From Candidatus Nanoarchaeia archaeon (GTDB lineage Archaea > Nanobdellota > Nanobdellia > Woesearchaeales > DATDXC01), in the NCBI GenBank assembly GCA_035289425.1, contig DATDXC010000038.1, positions 732-64,731 of the forward strand: a DNA stretch of 64,000 bases, given 5' to 3'. Position 1 is the first letter of the stretch, and each line of letters begins with the position of its first letter. The notes under the pieces were generated by a model. The model ran no database searches and was not told the DNA's origin. It saw only the letters and a program-made list of their open reading frames with translations. Position numbers and translations under genes: made by a program. Positions 46,269-56,049 of the stretch are shown here, in pieces.

Positions 46269-46583
46269 ATGGACACTATTATGAGTAATATGAATAATGA
46301 GATGTTTGAGAAAAAAATTGAACTTTTGTTGGAGATGCAGAATAAGCATATGATGGATGGGTTTGCCAAGATACAGGCAGCGCTGCAGGTAATCGCAAGC
46401 CAAGTTGCACATCGTCCAGCACCAGCGCAGGCTCCATCGGTTAGGGTAGAACCAGCCAGGGCTGAGCCAGAGAAACAAGCAGTTCTCAAGACAGAAGAGC
46501 CGGTATCAAGACCGAGATATGGTGACTACACGCCTGAAGAAGTGTCGGTTTCAAAGTTTTTCTATTTCGGGAACAAGAAGTGA
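46269..46583 (+). CDS. hypothetical coiled-coil/Pro-Ala-rich protein
   Basis: 104-aa ORF directly after the repeat protein. Predicted helix followed by a PAPAQAP low-complexity segment. Confidence 0.3.
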   Translation: MDTIMSNMNNEMFEKKIELLLEMQNKHMMDGFAKIQAALQVIASQVAHRPAPAQAPSVRVEPARAEPEKQAVLKTEEPVSRPRYGDYTPEEVSVSKFFYFGNKK

Positions 46584-46587
46584 GACC

Positions 46588-46896
46588 ATGTTTTTTTCAA
46601 AAAAATATCTGTGTTCGAAGTGCCATCGGAAGGTGCTGCAGATACGCTATTCGCATGATGGATTGCAGCAGGTCTGCAACAGTTGCTATACGCCACTACC
46701 TTTGAAGAATGAGCCTAAGCCAATTCTGAAACCATCGCGGGTAAAATTAATCTGCACTAACTGCAGGTATCATTTTTCCTTTAGGATTGGATCGCATGCT
46801 CGCCTCATGTGCCCTTACTGTGGAAGGGACAACCTCATCAAGGATAACACCACTGCAGATAGACTGCTTGCAGAAGTAGCTAGAATGCCGGCTTAA
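46588..46896 (+). CDS. double zinc-ribbon protein
   Basis: Two CxxC...CxxC units (CSKCHRK...CNSC; CTNCRY...CPYCG). Start at the ATG 5 nt after the upstream stop. Confidence 0.35.
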   Translation: MFFSKKYLCSKCHRKVLQIRYSHDGLQQVCNSCYTPLPLKNEPKPILKPSRVKLICTNCRYHFSFRIGSHARLMCPYCGRDNLIKDNTTADRLLAEVARMPA

Positions 46897-48088
46897 TTAT
46901 TTTTCTTATTCTTTCTGCTGCAACCTTACATTCTGCTATCGAAGGAACTAAGGCAAATCTCACAAAATTCTCTCCGGGGTTAATTCCACCGACCTGCTTC
47001 GATATCCAAGCGCCAGGGGTTGTGACGAGCGCAATATCCTTAGCCAGCAATCTTTTCGCAAATTCTGCTCCATTTATTCTTTTTGGCGTTTTCTGCCAGA
47101 TATACAATGTTGCAGAAGGTTTAGAATCCTCCATACCTGCATCAATTAATGCTTGGCTAATTATATCTCTTTTTTTCTTATAGGAAGCCCTGAATTCCTC
47201 CACATGCTTCTCATCCAACAATGCAGCAGCTGCGGCATCCTGGATGAATGTGGGTGTTCCAGAGTCTATATTGGTCTTCACTTTCTTGAAAATATCAACT
47301 ATCCTTTCATCTCCTGCCAACCAACCAACTCTGTAGGTAGTCATGGCTGACCGTTTGGACATGCTTTGGACCACAAACACATTTTCCTTGGTAATCTCGA
47401 GTATTGAGACTGGTTTCTCATCAAAGTAGATCTCTGAATAGCATTCATCTGACCCTATGATGATCTCATTGTCCCTGCCAAAATCAACAATCTCCCTTAA
47501 TTTTTCTTTGGGGATTGTCGCTCCGGTTGGATTATTGGGATAGTTAATCCACATCAGCTTTGATTTTTTTAAGATATCTTTTGGGATCTTTTCCAGGTCA
47601 GGCAAAAAGCCATTCTCTTTCAACAATGGATAATGGAATGAATGGCCTTCAGCAAACAAAGTGCCTCTTTCATACGGAGGATAGCCTGGATTAGGCATTA
47701 TCACATAATCGCCAGGGTTGATAATTCCCTCATGGAAATTGAAAACTCCTTCTTTGGCTCCAATGGTTGAGGTTATTTCTTTTTCAGGGTCTAGCGTAAC
47801 ATTAAATCGTTCTTTGGTCCATTTGGCAATTGTATTTCTAAATTCAGGGTCTCCAATATAGCTGGGATAGCCTGCATCTTTTCTCTTGTCAATTGCGCGC
47901 TTACAGTAGTTCCTAATGTTTCCCGGGGTTGGATCCTTCGGGTCACCGACACCAAAATCAATGGGAGTGATGCCTGCTTTCTTTAATTTTGCAACTTCGT
48001 TGTCAACATCTGCAAATGCATAGCTGCCGATGCTTTTTACCCTATTGCTTGCTTCAATTTTCATGATATCCATGTTGAGGCAAGACAT
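46880..48088 (-). CDS. class I/II PLP aminotransferase, LL-diaminopimelate aminotransferase (DapL)-like
   Basis: IDFGVGDPKDPTP resembles the DapL LGIGDxxxPxP region. Aminotransferase fold with a NPTG-type PLP site (INYPNNPTGAT). Sits in a lysine-biosynthesis context. Confidence 0.6.
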   Translation of the reverse strand: MSCLNMDIMKIEASNRVKSIGSYAFADVDNEVAKLKKAGITPIDFGVGDPKDPTPGNIRNYCKRAIDKRKDAGYPSYIGDPEFRNTIAKWTKERFNVTLDPEKEITSTIGAKEGVFNFHEGIINPGDYVIMPNPGYPPYERGTLFAEGHSFHYPLLKENGFLPDLEKIPKDILKKSKLMWINYPNNPTGATIPKEKLREIVDFGRDNEIIIGSDECYSEIYFDEKPVSILEITKENVFVVQSMSKRSAMTTYRVGWLAGDERIVDIFKKVKTNIDSGTPTFIQDAAAAALLDEKHVEEFRASYKKKRDIISQALIDAGMEDSKPSATLYIWQKTPKRINGAEFAKRLLAKDIALVTTPGAWISKQVGGINPGENFVRFALVPSIAECKVAAERIRKIIKPAF

Positions 48089-48148
48089 TTATAAATCTTT
48101 TTATGCATTTTCGCAAGCTATAAATAATCAGGTACGTTTCATTATTCT

Positions 48149-49105
48149 ATGGAGCTGCTGTTCAACAAAGTCTTTTTGGAGCACGAAACAGGCAATCACC
48201 CTGAAAATCGGCATCGATTTGATAATCTCACTCTTACAAACTCTAAACTTTTAGATGGGGAACCTTATTTAGAACTGATCTATTCAAAAGAGTATCAAAA
48301 GATTATACGCCAAGCTTGTATTTCTTCAATTCCCTTAGATCCTGATACTTTAACCTCTCCTGGCAGTTATAGGGCAGCGTGTGCTGCAGTAGGGGCTGTG
48401 GTTCAGGCATCTAAAGAAAACAATTTTGCCTTGGTCAGGCCTCCGGGACATCATGCGAATGCAACAAAACCTATGGGATTCTGCCTGTTCAATAATGCTG
48501 CCCTGGCAGTTAAAAACTTAGTCAATAAAGGAAAAAAAGTCTTTATTGTTGACTTTGACTGCCACTATGGAAATGGCACTGCAGACATTTTCTATGATTC
48601 AGATAGAGTGTTGTATTTCTCTACTCATCAGTTTCCTTTTTATCCCGGCAATGGATCTGTCCAGGAGATTGGAGCTGGTGAAGGAAAAGGATTCAACATA
48701 CCTATGCCATTACCTGCTGGCGCTGGTGATGATGTGTATCTAAAGGCGCTTGATTGTTTTGTAACTATTGCCACAGACCAATTCAAACCAGATTATGTAT
48801 GCGTAAGTGCTGGTTTTGATTCGCATCAAAATGATCCATTGGGAGAGCTGCAATTCAGCATCCATGCGTATCACCAGACCGGTATACTGCTCCGGAAAAA
48901 TTTTCAAAACGTGTTTGCGGTGCTGGAAGGGGGCTATAATCCAGAATGGCTTGCAAAGTCAGTCAATGCTTTCTTAAGCGGGATTAATGGAAAAACTCTG
49001 CAATCAAGTGAATCTGCAACTAAGAGCGGAAAATTAGTTGCTGAAGAATTTGAATCGAATTTTAGAACCTTAAAAGACAATCTGGAAGAGTACTGGAAAT
49101 TTTAG
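48149..49105 (+). CDS. histone deacetylase/acetoin-utilisation (AcuC) family deacetylase
   Basis: VRPPGHHA. FCLFNNAALAV. DFDCHYGNGT zinc-site motifs. Confidence 0.8.
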   Translation: MELLFNKVFLEHETGNHPENRHRFDNLTLTNSKLLDGEPYLELIYSKEYQKIIRQACISSIPLDPDTLTSPGSYRAACAAVGAVVQASKENNFALVRPPGHHANATKPMGFCLFNNAALAVKNLVNKGKKVFIVDFDCHYGNGTADIFYDSDRVLYFSTHQFPFYPGNGSVQEIGAGEGKGFNIPMPLPAGAGDDVYLKALDCFVTIATDQFKPDYVCVSAGFDSHQNDPLGELQFSIHAYHQTGILLRKNFQNVFAVLEGGYNPEWLAKSVNAFLSGINGKTLQSSESATKSGKLVAEEFESNFRTLKDNLEEYWKF

Positions 49106-50379
49106 AAATAGGCAGTGTAACAATGTGATTCATGCAGTTCTGAGCGAGCTTTTTCTGCAATGCGCTTAACTGCAATCAAATAGGATGCTTTTTGGAGATC
49201 TGTGTTAAACTTTCTTGCTGTTTGCAGCACTGCTGATATGCTTTTGTACATGATATCTCTCAATTTTGAATTAACTTCTATCTTAGTCCAGTGCTCTTTT
49301 TTTAGATTCTGCAGCCACTCAAAATAGGAGACTGTAACGCCGCCTGCATTTGCCAGTATATCAGGAATAATCACAACACCTTTTTTCTTAAGGATCACAG
49401 ATGCCTCGGCTGTCACCGGACCATTGGCCATCTCCAGAATCATTTTTGCTTTAATCCTTTCAGCGTTCTGGCGATGGATAACATCTTCTAAAGCTGAAGG
49501 TACCAGAATGTCACAGGGCAATTCTAGCAGTTCCTCATTAGTTATATTCATTGCACCAGGAAAGTCCAGCACTGAGCCATTGTGTTCCTTGTGCTTCATT
49601 ACCTTGGGGATATCAAGACCTTTATGATTAACAATCGCACCTTGAGAATCAGATACTGCAATGACCTTGCCTCCTGTTTCGTAGATGAATTTAGCAAGAG
49701 TGCCTCCTACATTTCCCATTCCCTGGACTGCAACGATTTTGTTAGGAAGTTTTCCAAGTCCAGGGGCATAATCTTCCTGGAGAATCTTTTCAAGGACAAA
49801 AAAACCACCTTTGGCTGTTGCTTCTTCCCTTCCTTCAGAACCACCCTTATCCAATGGTTTTCCGGTTACAATCGCTAATTCTGTCCTTCTGCTGCACCGG
49901 TTGTATTCCTCTACCATCCACTGCATGATCTTAGCGTTTGTGTATACATCCGGGGCAGGAATGTCAATTGCAGGGCCAATCAAGGGACCGATGCGTTGTA
50001 TGAATCCTTTGGTCATCCGTTCTAATTCTTTTTCTGACAGGTCTTTGGGGTTGCAGACAACGCCTCCTTTTGCTCCTCCAAAAGGGATGTCAACTACAGC
50101 GCATTTAATCGTCATCCAGGCAGCCAATGCCCGGATCTCATCCAAATTAACCTGCCAGTGATACCTTATGCCGCCTTTAAATGGCCCTCTCATGTGATTA
50201 TGCTGCACTCGGTACCCCACAAAATTCCTTACCGAACCATCATCCATCTCCACAGGGAAATTTACGTGCAGCTCGCGATGGGTAGTGAGCAATACCTCTT
50301 TGATCCATGGCTCAATTTTTAGAGTGTCTGCTGCCTCACTGATAAACTTCTTAGCATCTTCGAATGGATTAGGAGTCAT
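49102..50379 (-). CDS. gdhA: glutamate dehydrogenase
   Basis: Glu/Leu/Phe/Val dehydrogenase motifs (GGAKGGV; NAD(P) Rossmann GMGNVGG). Start set at MTPNPFE (ATG at 50379), because the ORF-track start at 50466 would abut the divergent ispH gene. Confidence 0.85.
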   Translation of the reverse strand: MTPNPFEDAKKFISEAADTLKIEPWIKEVLLTTHRELHVNFPVEMDDGSVRNFVGYRVQHNHMRGPFKGGIRYHWQVNLDEIRALAAWMTIKCAVVDIPFGGAKGGVVCNPKDLSEKELERMTKGFIQRIGPLIGPAIDIPAPDVYTNAKIMQWMVEEYNRCSRRTELAIVTGKPLDKGGSEGREEATAKGGFFVLEKILQEDYAPGLGKLPNKIVAVQGMGNVGGTLAKFIYETGGKVIAVSDSQGAIVNHKGLDIPKVMKHKEHNGSVLDFPGAMNITNEELLELPCDILVPSALEDVIHRQNAERIKAKMILEMANGPVTAEASVILKKKGVVIIPDILANAGGVTVSYFEWLQNLKKEHWTKIEVNSKLRDIMYKSISAVLQTARKFNTDLQKASYLIAVKRIAEKARSELHESHCYTAYF

Positions 50380-50467
50380 TTTCTTGGTTTGGTTGAAATC
50401 CTTTTTATACCTTTTGATTGGTGCTTTAACAAAATCTTTAAAAGAATGCGGTTGTTCCTTACGCACT

Positions 50468-51397
50468 ATGGTTCAAAAGATTATTTTAGCTAAGCCTAGA
50501 GGGTTTTGCGCTGGTGTGGATAGAGCTGTGCAGATTGTGGACAAGGCTTTGGCATTGTATGGACCACCCTTATATGTGAGGCACCACATTGTGCACAACA
50601 TCCATGTGGTTAAATCTTTTGAAAAGAAAGGGGTTATCTTTGTGGAAGACATTACTCAAATCCCCTTAGGATGCAAAGTGATCCTGAGCGCTCACGGCAC
50701 AGATCCTAAGATATTTAGACAGGCCCAAGAAAAGGGGTTGCAGATTATCGATGCAGTCTGCCCACTGGTAATTAAGGTTCATGAGCAGGCTATACAATTC
50801 CATACAAAAGGATACTCTATCATTCTGGTTGGGCATGCTGGTCATCAGGAAGTGATTGGCACTATGGGCAATGCGCCAATGCAGCTAGTCGAAAAAGTCG
50901 AGGATGTCAAAAACTTAACCATCCAAAGCGACAAGATTGCGGTCTTGACACAGACAACCTTATCAATTGATGAGACAAAGGATATACTGAAAAAGATTAA
51001 AGAAAGATATCCCAAAGTTCACTTACCGGGCCAGTCAGACATCTGCTATGCCACTACCAACAGACAAAGAGCAGTAAAAGAAATCGCTAAAAAATGTGAT
51101 GTTGTTTTGGTCATAGGTTCAGAGACGAGCTCTAACTCGAACAGATTGGTTCAGACCGCAGAAACAGCAGGAGCAAAATCTTATTTGGTTGATGATTACT
51201 CATCTGTTAAGGATGAATGGCTAAAGAACTGTTCAGTTTTAGGCATAACTTCTGGTGCTTCTGCGCCGGAATCTTTAGTGCAGGAGATAATTACCCAAAT
51301 ACAGGAGAGATATCCTGCTGCAAAGACAGAGATTTTTGAAAAGACCAAAGAGAATTATGTATTCCCCCTGCCAGCAGAGCTTACTCAACAAAGATAA
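50468..51397 (+). CDS. ispH: 4-hydroxy-3-methylbut-2-enyl diphosphate reductase (IspH/LytB) homologue
   Basis: [44 protein letters not shown] aligns residue-by-residue with E. coli IspH ([42 protein letters not shown]). The three Cys ligand regions are present. The ORF-track start at 50285 is discounted because it overlaps gdh. Confidence 0.85.
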   Translation: [309 protein letters not shown]

Positions 51398-51965
51398 GGT
51401 CATTCAGCCAGTCTTTCTTCATGTAGCCTCGTTCCATATTGACCATCGGAAGATAGTTATGGAACAACCGTATCTGTTCGCTCAGCCGCATCGTCGATAC
51501 CTCTTCTATTGAGTTTTTTCCATGATTCTTCCTGAGACTGGGTATGACATCCCGGTTAAAGTGCTCCACAATATTCTCGCTGCTTCTTCCTTCTAAAATG
51601 AGGGCTAATGCGACGTGACCTTCTATCTCACCCAAAAAGCTTTCGTATATATACCTTCCATAGGTCAGCTTAACCATCTTTTCTTCTTTAATCTCCTTGA
51701 TCATCTGCTCACGGGTAATCCCTAAGCGGAACTTGATGAGATATAGCTGCCTTGCGCCAAACCTTCCGGTGCCTTTTGACCCCATATTCACGTTCGTATA
51801 ATATGATATGAGCCCCTCTTCCTCCAACCTATTCCTTTTTCTGCTCACCGTTCGGATAGGGACCCTGCTGTTTTTACCAATCTTGTTATCACTGCTTCTT
51901 GGATCCTTGATCAATTCAGTTATTATTTTTTTTTCTTGCGCATCCAATGACCTCATATGCATCAC
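51381..51965 (-). CDS. Lrp/AsnC-like HTH transcriptional regulator (atypical C-terminus)
   Basis: LDAQEKKIITELIKDPRSSDNKIGKNSRVPIRTVSRKRNRLEEEGLI is an AsnC-type HTH. Confidence 0.5.
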   Translation of the reverse strand: MMHMRSLDAQEKKIITELIKDPRSSDNKIGKNSRVPIRTVSRKRNRLEEEGLISYYTNVNMGSKGTGRFGARQLYLIKFRLGITREQMIKEIKEEKMVKLTYGRYIYESFLGEIEGHVALALILEGRSSENIVEHFNRDVIPSLRKNHGKNSIEEVSTMRLSEQIRLFHNYLPMVNMERGYMKKDWLNDLIFVE

Positions 51966-52073
51966 CTTTATGGCTTAAAATAGGTCATTACATATAAATT
52001 TTTCTATAATTCAGGACATATATCCTAAAAAAGATATATAAACAAATCATTATTATAATCTAAACGACCGAAA

Positions 52074-54350
52074 ATGTCTTTGGATAACATAAAAGCAGCA
52101 CAGGATAAACGGAAGTGGTTTGAAGACTTTATTACCGGCGACAAGCTGAAGGTGACGTCCTATTCAGGGCCTGTCAAAGACCCCTGGGATGATGTGTCAT
52201 GCGCATGTGCACAGCTAACCAAGCCGCCTATCGATGTTCATAAGGAACCGGTAAATCTTAGGCAGACATTTGGGGGGCGATATTCTGAGCCAATTTCCGT
52301 TGACCTACCAGTTATGATCTCTGGCATGAGCTATGGATCCCTTTCCATGAATTCAAAGCTTGCCATCCATCGGGCACTCAATACCTTAGCTACCAAACAC
52401 AATCTCAAATTATTATACAACACTGGTGAAGGTGGTGTATTGCCGCATGAAATCTCTGACAGGAAGTATTACCTTATGACCCAGGTTGCTTCCGGCAGGT
52501 TCAATGTCACTCAAAAGAATTTATTGAATGTGGATGCCATTGAGATAAAGATCGGGCAGGGGGCCAAGCCAGGCATCGGCGGACAGCTGCCTGCTGAGAA
52601 AGTGACGAAGGAAATTGCCGCACTGAGAAGGATTCCTCAGGGAGTGCCTGCGTATTCGCCTGCTAGGCATATCGATATAGTTGGTCCAGAGGATCTTTTT
52701 GCCAAGATACAGGAATTAAGAGTAGTCACTGGCGGAAAAATTCCTATCGGAGTTAAAATTGCCGCTACAGACGCTTATCATGATGCTATCATTGCATCAC
52801 GGATAGCTGATTTTGTTACAGTCGATGGAATGTCTGCAGGCACTGGCGCTTCTCCTGAAATTGCACAAGCATATATGGGAATCCAGACCATGCCTGCCAT
52901 TGTGGAAGCTCGGAGGGGCGTAGATGCCATGGCCTCACAGCTGTTTCAACATCTACGGAGGATGGATCGGACTGTTGACTATGAGGAAGTCACGCTTATT
53001 GCGGCAGGGGGCATTACAAAGCCAACTGATATCTACACTGCACTTTGCTTAGGGGCAAATATGGTTGCCATAGGAACAGCCATAGAGCTTGGTTTAGGAT
53101 GCATCAGCTGCTTCAGCTGCCATACTGGCAAGTGCCCTGAAAACATAACAGCAAACTTGCCTCGGACAAAGGAGAGGGGATATATGGATTTGGAAGAGGC
53201 ATCAAACAGGATAGTTGCGTATTTCCTTAAGATAAAGGAAGCACTGGAATTATTGTATGCTGCAAATGGCCATTTCAAGGGAAACAGTAGTACCATAACT
53301 GAATTACGGACGACTAATTCATCAATACATGCCACTACAGGCATACCCATGCCTGGCATCAATGTGGTAGAGCATTTAACCAATGCTTTGGATCATGGTG
53401 GATGCGGCATCGCTGCAATAATCCCTTCTCCCCGGAAACTTAAAGCAATCAGAGATGGTATAGAAGAGCCTCTGCCCGTCAGCTCGCTTATAATCCAAAT
53501 GCTGGAAGCACAGCAGGTCAGGGGCCCTGATTCAGCAGGATTTGCATTTTATAGGAAGAAATCTGATAGCTATAAGCTCAAGCTAAGGTTAATGAACTCT
53601 GATCTTGCAGCTGTTGAGGGCATCCTGAAGAGGCATTGCAATAGCACGCTTCATTTGACTGATAAGACGCCATCGGTGTATGAATTGGGTTATAGGATTG
53701 TGGAGTATTCAGTCGAAAGCAATGCTGATACAGTTTCAGCGGCATTAGATGAGTTGAGTAAAATATCTCATTTGACACTTATCAGCCATGGAAATCATGT
53801 TGATGTTATAAAAGATATTGGCACTGTTGAGAATGTGGTGCATTTGCATGATGTGAGGTCTGAGAAAGACATCTTATTTGGATTAGGCCATGTCAGGACT
53901 GCAACCATGAGCGTCGTAAATCCGGTAACTGCCCATCCTTTTTGCACTTCATCAATACCTGATGCGACTGTGGTGCATAATGGGGAAGTGACCAATGCTC
54001 CCCTATTGAAGAGACGCCTGCAGGTTATGGGGTTTCCTTTCTTTGCGCCCACTGATTCAGAGGTCATTGCTGCTTTTGTGGGAGAGAAGCTCAGCAGGGG
54101 ATTTTCACTAGAACAGGCATGCAAAGATTTTGTGGCTAAAGGAGACGGTCCTTATTCATTTTTGTTGGCAACACCTGAGGGTATTGCTTTTGTGAAGGAT
54201 GATTTTGGATTAAGGCCTGCTATGGTGGGGTATAACCCTAAGGATGAATTCTTTGCCGTGGCAACTGACATTGCAGCTTTGAATAGTGTTGGCGCAACTG
54301 AAGACCGGGATCTCCCTGGAAAAGGTATTGTGAGGGTGTTTCCTGCATGA
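52074..54350 (+). CDS. glutamate synthase, fused FMN-binding (central) domain + class-II glutamine amidotransferase domain
   Basis: FMN domain (ISGMSYGSLS..., GEGGVLPHE, IEIKIGQGAKPGIGGQLP). C-terminal Ntn GATase-2 (HGGCGIAAI ... GLGHVRTATMS). Confidence 0.8.
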   Translation: MSLDNIKAAQDKRKWFEDFITGDKLKVTSYSGPVKDPWDDVSCACAQLTKPPIDVHKEPVNLRQTFGGRYSEPISVDLPVMISGMSYGSLSMNSKLAIHRALNTLATKHNLKLLYNTGEGGVLPHEISDRKYYLMTQVASGRFNVTQKNLLNVDAIEIKIGQGAKPGIGGQLPAEKVTKEIAALRRIPQGVPAYSPARHIDIVGPEDLFAKIQELRVVTGGKIPIGVKIAATDAYHDAIIASRIADFVTVDGMSAGTGASPEIAQAYMGIQTMPAIVEARRGVDAMASQLFQHLRRMDRTVDYEEVTLIAAGGITKPTDIYTALCLGANMVAIGTAIELGLGCISCFSCHTGKCPENITANLPRTKERGYMDLEEASNRIVAYFLKIKEALELLYAANGHFKGNSSTITELRTTNSSIHATTGIPMPGINVVEHLTNALDHGGCGIAAIIPSPRKLKAIRDGIEEPLPVSSLIIQMLEAQQVRGPDSAGFAFYRKKSDSYKLKLRLMNSDLAAVEGILKRHCNSTLHLTDKTPSVYELGYRIVEYSVESNADTVSAALDELSKISHLTLISHGNHVDVIKDIGTVENVVHLHDVRSEKDILFGLGHVRTATMSVVNPVTAHPFCTSSIPDATVVHNGEVTNAPLLKRRLQVMGFPFFAPTDSEVIAAFVGEKLSRGFSLEQACKDFVAKGDGPYSFLLATPEGIAFVKDDFGLRPAMVGYNPKDEFFAVATDIAALNSVGATEDRDLPGKGIVRVFPA

Positions 54351-55267
54351 CTGAAGCTGCGTTAGATCTAAATGAGATAAGGGACATGAATGGTGTGACG
54401 GAGACACCTTCCAAATTCCAAGAAGCGTTTTTGGCAATCAAGGAAAAGACTGAAAAGCAGTTTGGCGTGAAGCTGCATGATGGAATGCGGCGCATCTCCC
54501 GTGACATGTATCATTCAGTCACTCCTAAGACTCCTTTTATGCTGCAGTTCATTGTTGCCGAGATCATCGATGCTTTGGGCCAGAACAATGAGAAATTAAG
54601 CATCAAAAATCCATTAGGGGTTTATAATCTATGCGCTGGCATCGGAAGATCGTACACCTTAGGCAAGGGATGGACGCTGGGACGAGTAGTTACGGAAGGA
54701 GATGTCGGATCATTTTACGGAAGCCATTCTGCTGATGTAGACATGGTTCATCATGTGCATGGGTGCGCAGGCAGAAGCTTCATGAACAATGCATTACAAG
54801 GAATGGGCATTGTAGATGGCGTTGCTGATGAAGGAGCAGGCCAGGTGAATCATGGTGCATCAATACTGATCAAAGGCAAGGCTGGTGCTCGCCTTGGATG
54901 GGGCCAACGTGCTGGTAACATAGTCACTTTGAAGAACATCCCATTGAATGCGGGGCTTTTCATGGCTGGCGGTTCTATAATCACTTTAGGTGACGAAGTT
55001 GATGAGGAATTAGGGCCTGATATGCAGGAGGGGACTATTTATGTTCCGTATGCCCATGATCATATTTGTGGAAAGGGAGCCGCATGCAAGAAAATTGAAG
55101 AGATTGATTATGCGCGGATTAAAGATGCTCTGAAACCTTTTGAACAGGAGCTTAACATAATTGGGCTTACGGAATTTAATCAGAATACTACTTTTTTAAC
55201 AGTTGATGGCAAGGCTTTGGACTTTTCAAAGTTTTATAAGATACTCCCTGAGAGGTTTAAAATTTAA
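54347..55267 (+). CDS. glutamate synthase GXGXG (alpha-subunit C-terminal) domain protein
   Basis: Repeated GxGxG beta-helix (GRSFMNNALQGMGIVDGVADEGAGQVNHGASILIKGKAGARLGWGQRAGNIV). Overlaps the upstream gene by 4 nt. Confidence 0.8.
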   Translation: MTEAALDLNEIRDMNGVTETPSKFQEAFLAIKEKTEKQFGVKLHDGMRRISRDMYHSVTPKTPFMLQFIVAEIIDALGQNNEKLSIKNPLGVYNLCAGIGRSYTLGKGWTLGRVVTEGDVGSFYGSHSADVDMVHHVHGCAGRSFMNNALQGMGIVDGVADEGAGQVNHGASILIKGKAGARLGWGQRAGNIVTLKNIPLNAGLFMAGGSIITLGDEVDEELGPDMQEGTIYVPYAHDHICGKGAACKKIEEIDYARIKDALKPFEQELNIIGLTEFNQNTTFLTVDGKALDFSKFYKILPERFKI

Positions 55268-56049
55268 TTATGGAACAATCGGGCATATGTTTCTGACAGC
55301 CATTCTGCCTGATGGGATGCTTCAATTCTTAGGTTATACTTTTGGAGAGCATTTTGAGCCCCTTTATAAACACCCATCATCGCTGCGATTGTTTTTGTTA
55401 TGTTTACCACATCACTAAAAACCTGTTCACCTTCAGGTCCTAAGTCAATGTCCAATGAAGGTAGTGCAAGTTCAATCCCTTTACCAAGTGCCATAACTCC
55501 CAATACATACCTTGCGGTTGCACCGATTGGACTATCTGTGGACAACAAACCTTCTGTACTGAACCCAAACATCTGAGGAATGATCTTTTCTGCTTTTTTT
55601 ATTCTTTCATTATACTCCCTATCCTTCTTCCTCGGCCATACTGCTCCAAAGAACCTGGAAAAGTATGTAAATCGATGCTCCCATTTTTCTTCCCACAGTT
55701 TCTGCATAAATTCCCTTGTATATCCTGGACTTTCATCTTCGAAAAATGGATTGATTCTATAATGATCAATCTCTTCCCTCATTGCTCTATCTAAATTAGT
55801 CCCCTTTTCAATAGTCTTCTCAAGATTTCTTAAGGTGGCAACCAATGGCTGACGCTGCCCGTATAAATTTTTGAAAATGGTGTAAAGCCATTTCGCATTT
55901 GTATACGTCAACTGCCTTTTTTTGAACTTTTCAACAGCACGGATCCCACCCCTCACCAATCCCACCAATCCTGCAGCGATGGTGGTGGAAATCACATACG
56001 CTTTTAGTTGCTCTAAATCCCCCCAGTACCATATGCTATACCTTGCCAT
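55264..56049 (-). CDS. hypothetical protein (possibly 3' part of a frameshifted gene)
   Basis: 261-aa ORF. Overlaps the upstream ORF by 37 nt in a different frame. Confidence 0.35.
   Translation of the reverse strand: MARYSIWYWGDLEQLKAYVISTTIAAGLVGLVRGGIRAVEKFKKRQLTYTNAKWLYTIFKNLYGQRQPLVATLRNLEKTIEKGTNLDRAMREEIDHYRINPFFEDESPGYTREFMQKLWEEKWEHRFTYFSRFFGAVWPRKKDREYNERIKKAEKIIPQMFGFSTEGLLSTDSPIGATARYVLGVMALGKGIELALPSLDIDLGPEGEQVFSDVVNITKTIAAMMGVYKGAQNALQKYNLRIEASHQAEWLSETYARLFHN

Noticed and set aside
50285-50467. ORF-track N-terminal extension of ispH overlapping gdhA on the opposite strand
   Set aside because: The alignment to IspH begins at MVQKI (ATG 50468). The extension has no homology and would overlap the GDH coding sequence. 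The internal start is used instead.
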